Source: Eledone cirrhosa (taxonomy: Eukaryota). Taken from it: DNA of 64,000 nt. Positions 39,905 through 52,409 of this stretch are shown piece by piece. A program made the translations under genes and the position numbers. The DNA is taken from the NCBI GenBank assembly GCA_964016885.1, contig OZ024742.1:31992001-32056000 (forward strand). Direction: 5' to 3'. Numbering within the stretch: position 1 is the stretch's first letter; each line of letters starts with the position of its first letter. The notes beneath the pieces are model-generated. The model did no database searches. It saw nothing but the letters and a program-made list of their open reading frames with translations, and was not told where the DNA came from.

Positions 39905-40289
39905 ATAAAAATAAATTTGAAGACTAAAATCCAAAGAGGTCTAGATAAGGATAAATATATAAGAACCGTAGAGCAAATATTTATTAAAATAACAGGTTAA
40001 AGTTTAAGCAGAGAATCGCTGCTTTGGGTGAAAGCAGCGATTCTTTGCTTAAACTTTAATGGTTCACTGGATAGAACTGGTAATTCTGTTTAGTTAACCA
40101 TGATGTAGTAATAAGAAAAGCACTCTACATTATGCAACTCATCCATCGTTGACATTGAATCCGGAGTTAAATATGAATGTGATAGAAGCCCGACTGGTAA
40201 TATACCTTTAAAGTTTTATTGCTGCAAAACAACATAATATATATTTCAGTGGCTTGGTTACGCAAGATCCTGGTGACATCATCAGGTGT

Positions 40290-40680
40290 GGATTGCATAA
40301 TTAGTTAATCAATAAGGGAATTATGGGATACACAAACAGAAAATATTTTAATCAAATATATATATTATACACCTTTTAATCTTTTACTCGTTAGTTTCCC
40401 TTAGCAGTATTGTTGACTACATTTTAGGTTCTGAATGATGTCTAGAAAGTCAACTTTGGTCCAGTTGGTGGTGACTGTGTGATATTTAGGCTGAACTATT
40501 TGAAGATCCTTATAAAATCTTTTTTGAGGTTATCTATGGCATGGCCATTCATCTGGCTTCAGATTGAATGGTCATTGTCTGTGTAAAGGACTGAGCTATG
40601 GAGTTGCATTCGTTTCCTGGAGGTATGAAGGGTGAAATAAGTCGAGGAGGTCAGTGACCTCAGCCCTGACATAATAAAGG
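40290..40680 (-). pseudogene. Highly degenerate Naiad-like Penelope RT fragment
   Basis: Minus-strand translation Y.RAEVTDLL.LF ... LYTDN ... LKKDFIRIFK*FSLNIT/VTTNWTKVDFLDIIQNL resembles GAEVCELVGL...LYRDD...KK.I..IFK..GL.IT...VDFLD. Contains stops and frameshifts. Confidence 0.6.
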
Positions 40681-41278
40681 TAACTGAGACTGTATATAAA
40701 TATACACATAGAGTAAATTAAAGAAACGCTAAATACCTTTAACTTCCATCAAGCTTAGTAGGACTTTCATAAGATGGTATGTATATCATCTAAATCAGTG
40801 GTCGCCAACCTTTCAGACCTCACGGACCACTAAATTCATAATTCTAGATCCTATGGACCACGAATTTGAATTTTTTTAAAAAGATAAATACATTAAAGTT
40901 TTTCCACAGACCGCTGATCGAAATAACCACAGGGAAATACTTAATTGTGGAGCTTATACACCCTAAAGAGAAGGCGGGTGATTTAGTGGTTAGAGTAATG
41001 GATTCGCAATCATTGTCCTCCAATTTTCACGTTGCTGTTTCGACCGGTAGATAGAATTAGCAATGGAAAAACTAATGGAAACACTTTCCTTGGTCCAATT
41101 TGATGAGTTCCGCCCCACTGGGCATGTGAATGAGGTCTGGGATTTTGTTGATAGGTTCCCCTTATATAAATCATATATATTCACACCATTGAACGCTTGT
41201 GTGACTGCCTCAAACAATTCAATTGGTATCTGCTATACTGCAACTACAACTTCGATTTATACCCATTATATATATATA

Positions 41279-42132
41279 CTAGCAGAATGGCCCGGCGTTG
41301 ATATATATTTATCCTTATAGAGGCTCGTGAAATAAATACGTTTGTTTATATTTTGTTATTGTGTATGCACAAATATCTGTACACGAATATATAATTATAT
41401 ATATATATTAAAATAACAGATTAAAGTTTAAGCAAAGAATCGCTGCTTTCACCTTTAACGGGATCTTCTGAAATTAAAAACATCAATCTGTGAACGCAGA
41501 AGTAAATATTTCGAAATGTTTTTGTGTATGCAAAAATATCTGTCAGTAATGCATCTGATTATGCAAGCGTCGGCCTTTTTCGTTTATATTTTGTGTTTGT
41601 GTATGCAAAAATATCTGTACACGAATATCTATATTAAAATAACATTAAAGTTTAAGCAAAGACTCGCTGCTTTCACCCTTAACGGGATCTTCTGAAACTA
41701 AAAAAATCAATCTGTGAACGCAGAAGTAAATATCTCGAAAAACGTTGCAACCGAAGGAAAACAGGAAGACGATACTTTGGTTCGTGAAGACGTTCCCTGG
41801 CATAAGAATATATATATACATATATACACACACACACACTGATCGCGTCATAATGACGTAATGCAGACAGTCAGATATAACGTCGCGCCCTTCTAATATC
41901 TGTCTGTATGCCTATGTATCTATCTAAAAAGAGAAAGACTAAGAATTATAGACATAGATCGCTAATGCAGTGCCTAGGGCATTGAAAATTTGATTTTCTT
42001 TGCTCAAAACACGCACGGGACTATAAGTATTACAAGTGTAAAGTTTGAAAAAACTCGGTTGGGTGGTTCTCGAGTTTTAGTGATTGGACAGACAGACAGA
42101 CTAACAGACATTCTCTGTTTTAGTAATATAGA
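41279..42132 (-). mobile_element. Non-autonomous Helitron carrying captured duplicated modules
   Basis: Minus strand starts A|TCTATATTACTAAAACAGAGAATGTCTG and ends CAACGCCGGGCCATTCTGCTAG|T, consistent with an AT target and no TSD. Confidence 0.75.
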
Positions 42133-42149
42133 TAATGGGTATAAATATA

Positions 42150-42696
42150 TGGCTTAGTGGTTAGAGCAGTGGCCTTGCAATCGAAAGGTTGTGAGTTCAA
42201 TTCTCAGACCGGGTGATGTGTTGTTTCCTTGAGCAAGACACTTTATTTCACATTGCTCCAGTTTACTCAGCTATAGAAATGAGATGATAGGGACTGGGAT
42301 CCACTGCAAAGTGGACGTGTGGGCGCCACGGAAAAAAAGTACCCAGCACTCACTGCAGGGCTGTCTTAATGCATGGGCACACTGGGCAGGTGCCGTGACC
42401 CCACGAGGATAGGGGGCACATTGGTATTTTTGTTCCTGTGAGTGGTTGTATAGGTAGGGGCCCCAGTGCTCTGCTTTTCCCGGGGAGGGGGGGGGGGCTA
42501 TAATGCTGTTAAGACGGCCCTGACTCACTGTGAATGAGGTTGGTTTTAGGAAGGGCATCCAGCTGTAGAAATCAATCCAGAATCAGTTCCCATATGAACA
42601 AGATATGGTCAGCCGACCGGACACTGCCCACAACAGGACAACACGTCTAACCCATGCTAGCGTGGAAGAACGAACGTAAAACGGTGATGATGATGA
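42150..42696 (+). mobile_element. tRNA-derived SINE (CORE-like body, RTE-like tail) interrupted by a hAT MITE; related heads at ~31905-32050 (+) and 62008-62120 (+)
   Basis: A box TGGCTTAGTGG, B box GAGTTCAATTC, CCTTGAGCAAGACACTTT core, (GAT)n tail. Confidence 0.8.
42356..42522. mobile_element. hAT-type MITE (167 bp)
   Basis: TIRs CAGGGCTGTCTTAA and TTAAGACGGCCCTG with a perfect 8-bp TSD ACTCACTG at 42348-55 and 42523-30. Confidence 0.92.
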
Positions 42697-42843
42697 TATA
42701 TATATATATATAGAGAGAGAGAGAGTCCCAGGTTCAATACGGGCTAAGCACAGTAAGTAAGGTACTCAATACATAGAATATATACAAGATTTAATATAGA
42801 AATGGCTTCTACAGGACTAGAACTGTTTCATTCGAAGGGAATC

Positions 42844-42917
<74 letters not shown>

Positions 42918-43253
42918 GAAAGGTATAGAAAGTATTGTAGCAAGAAGCCAACAGTATTCCATAATATATAAGTGACTATAGCGTCAAAATGTAAAAATAG
43001 TTAACGTAAGATGTGAGAAAATAATTCAAACTCAATTCAAAAAGAATCAGGATATAGATTCATCCACAGAATTTGCTGAAATCCAGGGAAAAATCAATAG
43101 AGCCTTAACTCAGAATAAAATAAAGTTTAAAATCATCCTGTATAGTCTTAAAGACTATTTCACGAAACTTTCTGTGGGGATGGTCACGGTTGGAGACGAT
43201 CATCAGCAGAGCTCAAAGACACGATAACCAAAGTCCCACTATTTATAATATGC

Positions 43254-43303
<50 letters not shown>

Positions 43304-43311
43304 ATATATAT

Positions 43312-44334
43312 ATTAAAATACAAATATTAATAAAATAGATGTTCTTTTGATTAATTACATTTTATTATACATATTTCGGATGTACAACAGTACGTTCTCA
43401 TCAGACAAAATATAATGATACATGACATACCCTGAGATGTTAAATGGTTAAGATTTAATCAAGGTAGTGATTAACCTAAGAGGAAGTTTAAAATTTATAC
43501 CCTAATAATGAGAAAATGCGAAAACGTAATAAATTCAATAGAGAATGTGTGAGTAAGAAAAACGTTGCTTAATGTAACAGTTATAGAGATTTTAATATGT
43601 ATGATACTACAATTTATTTTTAGCTGGGAAAACAGTCAATGAGAGCCACTGGAATAGGATATATAGAGATGGAAAGATAAGGGGTAATATATGTAGAAGG
43701 AGATTTTCCGAAAGTTAAACGGTTAAGTTTGAAAATATTTAATTTATGCTATTTTAGGGTGAAGAATCAAGATTTTAGGGGTTTTTTTTTAAATTGCTGG
43801 TTATTTATATTTGTTAGTTTTGTAAATTCTATAAGTGTTTTAACATTTCTAAACTTCGGAATTTTATGAGGATAACATTTAAAGGATTTAGCTGGCCAGC
43901 GGAAAGGAAAGTTTACACTGTTGAATATTTTCCTAAATGTAAACTTTACCGAAGATAATCATTGTCAACAAATTAGATATGTAAATCTTATGAAGTACTT
44001 ATTGTTAGAAATATTTAAATAACGATTATGTATATAGATATATATTAATGAGCCAGTATATTTTAGGTAAATGATAACGAAAATAAAAATAAAATAATAG
44101 AATGAGGCATGCTAAAGTTAAATATATACCTATATATAACAGGGTGTAAATGCATTAATTATTCATACTTCGAAATAAATAATAATCAAGAAATTTAGAA
44201 GTTAACTAAAAATTATGTATAGAAAGATACAGGGAGGTATATATGGATATAAATTAGATATTATTGATACAGTATACTTTAGGTAAATGATAACGGTTAT
44301 AATTTTATATAATAAAGTTCGAACGTGTTATAGT

Positions 44335-44404
<70 letters not shown>

Positions 44405-45765
44405 AAAAGCAATAATAAATGCATGGATAATTCAGAGTTCAAAATAAGGTCTATAATAATTTATAGTTTGTATATTTGCTCTATATTTGAATCATGGATA
44501 TAAAAATGCAGTAGGTATATTTAAAAAACGTAGAAAATATAATTACATACATATTATAAATAAGAGATCAAAACACATGAAAGATTCACAGTTAGAAATA
44601 AGTTCCGTAAAAATGTATGGGTTGGATATTAAACTAAAATTTAAAACTTAGATAGGAAGATAAAGATAGAGAAATAAAGAAATAATGGTATGGATCAAAG
44701 TTAATAATATTATGTTATGTATATCAATGTTCCGGCATGTTATTGAACAAGTGTCTTTCATTCGAGCGTTATTTCTTCTATAGATAGTTATAAGATAATG
44801 CAATATTAAAGGCCATTAATGTTTTTCCCTGTTGATTATATACGTCTGACAACCAAGTTTTTAATGGTTAAGTGTTTCTCTCTCTTTTTTTCTCGTTTTG
44901 TGGGAGGCTAAGAATGTGGACGTAGCTTTATGGAGGCAACTAGAGAATAATTGACTTTTTTTTGTTAATTAGGGTCTCATAGTTATTAATAATCAACAGG
45001 GTCTCCATTGTACAGAGCGTGCAGTTATTTGATATACTAGAGTTGCGGTAAACTCCACAGTTCCGAAGTTTAGTCCAAAGAATGGAGTATTTTAAATTCC
45101 TCTCTTTTAATGACCATATGAGCTGTGATAAAGACGTGGATGATTTCCTTTTGGAGTTCGAGAAAGAGCATTTATGGTTCGCAAATCTGGCTTTAAATGT
45201 AGAAGTCGATCCTATGTAGTTGTATGTGTTGTGATCAGTTTTTACGGTGCATTTATAAACCAAATTACTATCTAGACAATTATTTTGCAAAGGGCAATCA
45301 GTTTTATTTCTACAATTACATTTTGGTTTAGTATCATTTATGTTAACTCTATTATTAAGATCATTATGCTGGTTTTGTTTTAGGATTTTAGTGTTTAATT
45401 TGGCAATGTTTTGGGCCATGTTCATAGTTGTAGAATACGAGAATTTAATGGTATGTCTATTAAAAATGGAATGGTATTTATGTTGAGTAGGGAAAGAGGT
45501 GTCCAAAGCGTTAAAGAATAATTTTGTAATTGGTGTTTTCACTGCGACCGAAGCAGGGGTGGGGGGGGGGGGGGGCGAACCATATGACTGATTTAGTTCT
45601 AGTTCTTATCCTCGATTTATTTGGCTTATGGGTGTTTGAATTATAATTATTAGAGTTTATCTTATATATGTTATTATTTTTATTAAGATTAATACTTGGA
45701 TTATTATTATCTACATATTCTATATTATTCATATATCCTGCTCTTTTTAACGCGTTGTTTAACTT
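43312..45765 (-). mobile_element. 5'-truncated Naiad-like Penelope element: thumb/linker, GIY-YIG, long AT-rich 3' UTR and terminal hammerhead; frameshifted
   Basis: NALKRAGY, SVIWFAPP, IFNRHTIKFSYS, CxCx5C (CNCRNKTDC), LVYKC...YIGST..FKARF.NHK, CTLC. Frameshifts fall in homopolymer runs (~45560 and ~44960); removing one A restores NKKSQLFSSCLH. Confidence 0.8.
43360..43410 (-). ncRNA. Minimal hammerhead-like motif at the 3' end of the Naiad-like element
   Basis: TTTTGT-CTGATGA-GAACGTAC TGTT GTACATCC-GAAA-TATGT-ATA-ATAAAA; stem II has mismatches. Confidence 0.6.
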
Positions 45766-45768
45766 TTT

Positions 45769-45818
<50 letters not shown>

Positions 45819-47384
45819 GTTAAACAAGGTTCAATGAATACATCAAAGAATGAGTTTTACAATAGATTGGAAGCACTCAACAGGAAAATGTTTTCCAGAG
45901 TTATTAATATTAATTTAAAATATTAACATTCCAAGCCTCGCAAAAAGTCAGGAAAAATCACTAAACAATCAGGCCTTAATTTTTGACGTCTCTTATCAAC
46001 TGTTGGGCCTAAAAAGTCATAACGGTTTATAAAACTTTAATAATGCTTTATCTTCTAATCATTTGTGATAGAATTAATGTTAGAATGACGGATCCTCTTT
46101 TGATAACTTGTTTACTTGATAAATATGCGCACCTTAGGTTTTTTTTAGATATTTATAATTTTGATTCGGATCTTTATTTATCTGTTTCTATTTTAAATGT
46201 ATAATTTGGATATTTAACTTGTAAATTTACCGATTATAATTGAACTGTTGATCATTCATGCGTTTGCATATTTTACTCATTTTGAGTATGTTTTGGAGAC
46301 TCAGAAAGTTAGATTTGCATTTTTATATATATATATAAATATAACAAACCATAATAGTCGACAAATATTGGTCTCTCTCTCCACTGAACTGGAGGTAAAA
46401 CTACAATTATAGTATTACTAATAATGATTATAATTATTTATTTATTAAATGTATACCGTTTCATTAATACCTATAATAATATCTCTATATAGTTGTACAA
46501 ATATGTTTATTTAGTGTAGTAACATACTCGTAGTTACATTTATAAATAATTTAGATACTCAAATGACTCTATATTGTTATAAGGGTTTGATATTCCCTGG
46601 AAGTTCGAATTTATATAATGATTTTTACTTAATTTAATTTAATATAATTTAATTTAATTTATTTAAATTTAGATTACCTTCGGCTTTCTCAAATATTTAG
46701 CTCCTCTTTCTATCACATTCGCTAAAATATTTTAGACGTATCTTTTGCCTACTATATATTAAAACCCTATTACATATATAATATATTTTTTAATATTGGG
46801 CATTTTTAAGTTTCACAAACAATTCATTATTTTAAATTTTTATATTTATTTTGTATCTAGCCCCTATCATTAGGACTTATCTAGTTTTGACTTATATGTT
46901 TATAGTATATTTCAACTAAATGAAAACAATCGATATAAAACATTAATTTTTTAACAATATTTTTTAACAATATATTTTAACTACATATATTTTTTAACAC
47001 TATTTTCAGTAACTTATTTACTATATTATATTATTGTATTATATTATATATATTTGAAAGGGTTCACCTTAAGCCTTTAGACATTATAAACATTATAATA
47101 ATTGATTAACACATATATATAATTAAAAATTCAGATCTTTAAGTTTAGTTATAAGGCCGGTTGATCCTTTAGGCACTCAAACTATTTAATCATAAATTCT
47201 TTAATAATCTCCTTATAATATATAACCAGCAATTTCTCTGTCTGTCTGTCCGACGCGTAGAGAGAGAGTGAGAGTGAAAGAAAGAGACAGACTACAAGAG
47301 GGGGATAGCGGGAGGGAGAGAGAGAGAGACGTTGGAAGAGGGGAAGGAAAGCTATGTCTTGCTGTCTGCATTACGATACATATA

Positions 47385-47678
47385 TATATACACACACACA
47401 CTGAGCGCGTCATAATGACGTAATGCAGACAGCCAGACATACAGACAGATATTATAAGGGCGCAACGTTATATCTATGTATCTATCTAAAAAGAAAGACT
47501 AAGAATTATATAGAGAGAACGCTAAATCGCCTAATGCGGTCCCTAGGGCATTGAAAATTTGAAATAATTTTTGATCAAAACACTCACATGTCTAAAGTTT
47601 GAAAACAATCGGTTGGATGGTTCTCAAGTTTTAGTGATCTGACAGACAGACAGACATTCTCTGTTTTAGATATATAGA
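47385..47678 (-). mobile_element. Helitron 5' portion, same family as 41279-42132
   Basis: Homologous to 41830-42132. Minus strand begins TCTATATATCTAAAACAGAGAATGTCTGTCTG. Confidence 0.7.
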
Positions 47679-47715
47679 CTAGCAGAAAACCGCCTACAAG
47701 GTGGTTTTCTGCTAG

Positions 47716-48524
47716 TCTTTATATATATAAAAGCGAGGATGTGTGTGTCTGTGTACAACTTTGCATGCTTAAGGCTTTCACAATTACCAACTGAATTTGA
47801 CCAAATTTTCTGTGCACGTTGCATAGGTCGCTAAGATTGTCACATCACAAACATTTTTCAAATCGACCGACGTTTAGCAATAAAAAAATCAATATCAAAA
47901 TTATCGGTAGAAAAATTAATGTAAGGGAGATAACAAACTTTATTGACAAACTTTGTATATATAAAAGTGAGGATGTGTGTGTGTCTGTGTACAATTTTGC
48001 ATGCTTAAGGCTTTCACAATTACCAACTGAATTTGACCAAATTTTCTGTGCATGTTGCACAGGTCGCTAAGATTGTCACACCACAAACATTTTTCAAATC
48101 GACCGACGTTGAGCAATAAAAAATCGATATCAAAATTATCGGTAGAAAAATTGATGTAAGGGAGATAACAAACTTTATTGACAATCCTTATAAAAAAGGG
48201 AGATAACCAACTTTTCAGAAATATAAACATCACATTCATTTGAAGATAAATCACTAATATTATCGTTTGTTTCTTGTTTATTCTTTGTTGCACTTTCAAA
48301 GTTAACGTGTATTGTCTTTAATCATTTGTATAACTACATCCTGTTCAGTGTTTTCCTTCATTATCAGCATAGTTTTATGTGTACAGAGATTGCACTAAAT
48401 ATTCGTTTGCATTAATTATTGAAGACTTCTGCTTATTTTGACAGGTTGGGGACAAATAATGTTCTTCTTCTGTATATTCATATCATAATTTCAAACCCCG
48501 AGCAACGCCGGGTAAATCTGCTAG
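47716..48524 (+). mobile_element. Non-autonomous Helitron with its 5' ~235 bp duplicated in tandem
   Basis: Starts TCTTTATATATATAAAAG and ends with the CCCGAGCAACGCCGGG hairpin plus CTAG|T. 47718-47950 is repeated at 47953-48185. Confidence 0.85.
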
Positions 48525-48549
48525 TTATAACTATAATTATTTTATAAAT

Positions 48550-49305
48550 TATATTATATAAACTGTTGTCAATATTATAGATAATTTTGGTAAAGATTAC
48601 CTTCGTGAGGGTATAAAAGCATTATATATTTTCTTTCTCGTGTTTTGTAAATCCTTTCAATTTGTTTTCAAAAAATTTGAATTTTAGAAATTAAACTTGA
48701 TAGTATAATATAATATTAATACAAATACCTATTAACTTTTAAAACCTAAAATATTACTCATTACTCTGAAATAACTTAGATTGAATATTTTGGATAGTAA
48801 CGGTCAACTAAATAAATTTAGATATATATTGCATATATGGAAAATTGTCTATAAACTTGAACATAAATTACTCCCCTTTGTCTCTCTCTCTCTTTAATCA
48901 TCTTTCATTTGTTTTTTCGAGCCACCTACTAAATATATTATCACATCAGCTGTTTCTTCCTCTATGCTTTCCTTTCTTTCTTCTTTCTTCAGTAGTTTAA
49001 AAAAAAAAAATTTTAAGTGTTATATTGAAGCCATGTATTTTTTAAGCTGTATTACACGCACCCTCTCTATTGTTTGTATTATATATTTTTCTCATGTTCT
49101 CAATATTAGGGTATAAATATTGAGTTTTGTCATATGTTAATCACTACCATGACTGAATCTTAACCATCTACTATGTCAGGGTGTGTCATGCATCATTTTA
49201 TTTTATCTGATGAGGACGTACTGTTGAACTTAACTCGGTACCTCTGAAATATGTATAATAAAATATAATTAATCACAAGAATATCTATTTTGTTAATATT
49301 TAAAA

Positions 49306-49312
<7 letters not shown>
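48550..49312 (+). mobile_element. Diverged 3' end of the Naiad-like family, inverted relative to 43312-43975, with a hammerhead at ~49197-49265
   Basis: Block homology such as TCACTACCATGACTGAATCTTAACCAT versus TCACTACCTTGATTAAATCTTAACCAT. Motif ATTTTAT-CTGATGA-stem II-GAAA-TATGT-ATA-ATAAAAT. Confidence 0.7.
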
Positions 49313-49346
<34 letters not shown>

Positions 49347-49918
49347 TTTCGTATCTCCGAAGAAATTTGTACAAATTGTATAAAGCTATGCTTGAAGCGA
49401 AATCTATTTCTTTCATATATATATAAATTAATAAAAATAATGAATAAAAACAAAGAAACAGTTCCTTATATTAAAAAATTCATCATTTTACGATCATTTC
49501 TAGTATATATATGTGTGTGTTGGTATGTATATCATATAGATCTGTGTAAAATTTTTACAAACTATCAGAGGGAATATACATACCTACACATATATATAAT
49601 TATTTCTGAAGACAGCATATATATGTGTAAGTATGTATATTCCCACTGATAGTTTGTAAAAATTTTACATAGATCTATATGATATACATACCAACACACA
49701 CATATATATACTAGAAACGATCGTAAAATGATGAATTTTTTAATATAAGGAACTGTTTCTTTGTTTTTATTCATTATTTTTATTAATTTATCTTGACTCT
49801 GTTTTCCTGTGTTTTCCTTCGAAAAAATTTTGAATACATCTTCTCTTTTCATGATATTTGGATTACATTGAGTTCTTCATACGGATTGGACACTACCGTA
49901 TATTTTGGTAGATTTATC

Positions 49919-49976
<58 letters not shown>

Positions 49977-50134
49977 TGATAAAAAAGAAGGCCGGATTCC
50001 AATATATTCCTTTAATATTTCATAAATAAATAATACGTATTTCTATGTATATATACTTAACCCTGCACTACCTAAAATTATACATCATTAATATATTATT
50101 CTGTACACTACCAGAGATATCTATACTAATATGT

Positions 50135-50168
<34 letters not shown>

Positions 50169-50193
50169 ACACACACACATATATATATATATA

Positions 50194-51350
50194 CAAGCGG
50201 AATTACCCACGCCTTGCTGCGTTTCACACATTTTTTTTGTAAGAAAATGATGATTGATTTTAAATCAGTGATATGATTTATGGAGAAAAACTCTGCATTT
50301 CAATATTACTCAATGTAAAATGTAATGCATAAAAAATTGGAAAACATTATTTTTTGTAATATATCAAATCAAAATTACATTATTAAATCTTATTCTTCTT
50401 CAACGGTGGCACTGCTCCTTTGAAAGAGGTTGAGGAGACTGAAGATCTTGGTCTGCTGGTCGACTCGTCCTTCAAACCATCAAAACATTGCATTCAAGCC
50501 GCAAACAAGGCAAGGAGCTCTCTTTTTCTTATTCGACGCTCCTTTGCCAAACTTACTCCAGAAATTTTCAGGCCTCTCTATGTCGCCCTCGTGAGACCGC
50601 ACCTAGAATATGGCATCCAAGCATCAAACCCATATCTCATCCGGGATATCCATCACTTGGAGAGAGTTCAACGACTAGCGACTCGAATGGTACAGGGTCT
50701 TCATGAGCTTCCCTACGAAAGTCGACTGCAGAAGCTGAACCTCTTCTCCTTGGAGCGTCGACGGCTAAGAGGCGATATCAGTTTGGCTTACAATCTCTTC
50801 AATGGCCATTACGATCTCCCTGAAGATCTATTCTCTCCGGCACTTGAAAGGGGTCTACGTGGACATGGCAAAAAGCTGTTTCACCGCCGCTTTCGCCTAA
50901 ATAGACGGAAAGCTGATTTCTCGATCCGCATCTCTGGACCCTGGAATCGGCTTCCAGAAGAAGTAGTCAACGCGTCAACCATGCAACAATTCAAGGCGAA
51001 ATTGGACCGGTCTTGGATCCCTGTGTTTCGGACTGTGTACATGCCCCCCCCCCCCCTTACATACATCTGACGCATCTATGTTTTAATTTCTGCCAAATAT
51101 ATTGAATTGAATTGAATATCTTGTCGTTTACCTATGGTTTAAATTTCATATAAGTCGAAGGGAAAATATTTTCAACGGGGGTTTGTGACCCCGAGGAACC
51201 TTTTCATTAAAATGAAATATACTTATCCAAGTACCCTGGGCAATGTAGTTTCAGAATATATATAGTTATGAAGGTTTATCTCCAAAACCACAGGAGGAGT
51301 TCGTGAACAAACAAACAAACAGACAGGAACTACAACTTTATATATATAGA
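50194..51350 (-). mobile_element. Non-autonomous Helitron interrupted by a CR1 LINE fragment
   Basis: Minus strand begins A|TCTATATATATAAAGTTGTAG and ends ACGCAGCAAGGCGT hairpin...CTTG|T (CTRR variant). Confidence 0.6.
50400..51118 (+). mobile_element. 5'-truncated CR1-clade LINE (ORF2 C-terminus, open frame 50420-51070) with (ATTGA)n tail
   Basis: DLG, ALVRPHLEYG, LERVQRLATRMV, LFSLERRRLRGD, RGH and PWNRLP motifs. Tail ATTGAATTGAATTGAAT. Confidence 0.9.
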
Positions 51351-51941
51351 TATATATATATGTATGCAAAAACTCCCACTACCTAATGTAGCCATTTGCT
51401 CATGCAGAAACAGAGATACGAGCTCGCTAGGCAGGGACCTATAAAACAGGTTATAATCTATAAGGCAATATAGTCAAGTCAACCAGCTACGACCGCTTCA
51501 AGAAAAATTGCTATTTTGGGGTGTAGATCTTAACGAAACCAGTAAATGTTTTTCCTATTTAAATATGACATTTATAGATAGCTAGTTCCTGTATCTCCCT
51601 ATACCCAGCTGCCATACACAAAATTGAGCACCTCTGGCTCCCTTATATAATTGTTTCTACTTTTGGCACAAGGCCAGCAATTATCCCAGTGCATTACTGG
51701 TACTCTATTTTATCGACTCCGTAAGGATGAAAGGCAAAGTTAACCTCAGCGGAATTTGAACTCAGACCGTAAGGGGACGTAATTCTATACTGCAAAGCAT
51801 AGAGTCAGACCCTCTAACGATACTGCCAATCCACCGTCCTTATACAATCTTAAGTGTTTATATCTTCTAAAAAAAGTTTAAAATATGTCTCGAGCCTGGA
51901 GACTCATCAGGCCGGTGCTTATCCGGTCTCCGAGGCGTTAA

Positions 51942-52153
51942 CCCTTTAGCATTTAAACCGGCCATATCCGGCCAGAATTCTCTCTGTTCAAACTGGCTGT
52001 ATCTGGCTGTTCATACTGATGTTAAGGTATTGTACTCAAAATAAATAACATGAAAATCTCATAGATTCGATATTATGAGAGATAAGTATGTAAGGTAAAG
52101 CTTTTACCGTGAAAATATAATAGTAAATATAGAGTAATGTAAATGCAAAAGGG
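51942..52153. mobile_element. piggyBac-type MITE (212 bp) inserted in a minus-strand SINE (~51890-52335)
   Basis: TTAA TSD at 51938-41 and 52154-57. TIRs CCCTTTAGCATTT and AAATGCAAAAGGG. Confidence 0.85.
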
Positions 52154-52409
52154 TTAAGCTACTCAGAGTACAAGACTTCTCCTGGGCAAGATGCTAGTTC
52201 ATTGCCGGGTTAAACCCCCAGCTATTGATGGTACTCATTTTTAGCTGAGTATACTGGAGCAACGTAAAATGAAATGTTTTGCTCAAGCAAACAATACACA
52301 ACCCAGTCCAGGAATCGAACCCACGACATTATTACTAGGTCCAACATTGATAAATGTAAATATTTCCTGTACACTATTGTCAGTGTACAGGAAATATCTA
52401 TATTTATCA

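Noticed and set aside
40796-40930. hAT-like left termini (CAGTGGTCGCCAACCT; also CAGTGGCGGACTAG at 63502)
   Set aside because: No matching right TIR or TSD was found, so no element can be delimited.
42150-42215. tRNA-like A and B boxes (also ~62013, ~36500, ~29860)
   Set aside because: They continue directly into SINE bodies, and no complete cloverleaf is supported.
43150-43215. CTGATGA...GAAA on the minus strand between (TA)n tracts
   Set aside because: I could not build convincing stems I and II by eye. It may be a decayed motif.
44900-45542. Possible selenocysteine recoding, reported for some Naiad elements
   Set aside because: The conserved Cys positions are ordinary Cys codons. The early stop is explained by a homopolymer frameshift, not an in-frame UGA.
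51885-51915. CTGATGA plus a GTCTC/GAGAC stem on the minus strand
   Set aside because: No GAAA follows the stem, and the sequence is the tail of a SINE.
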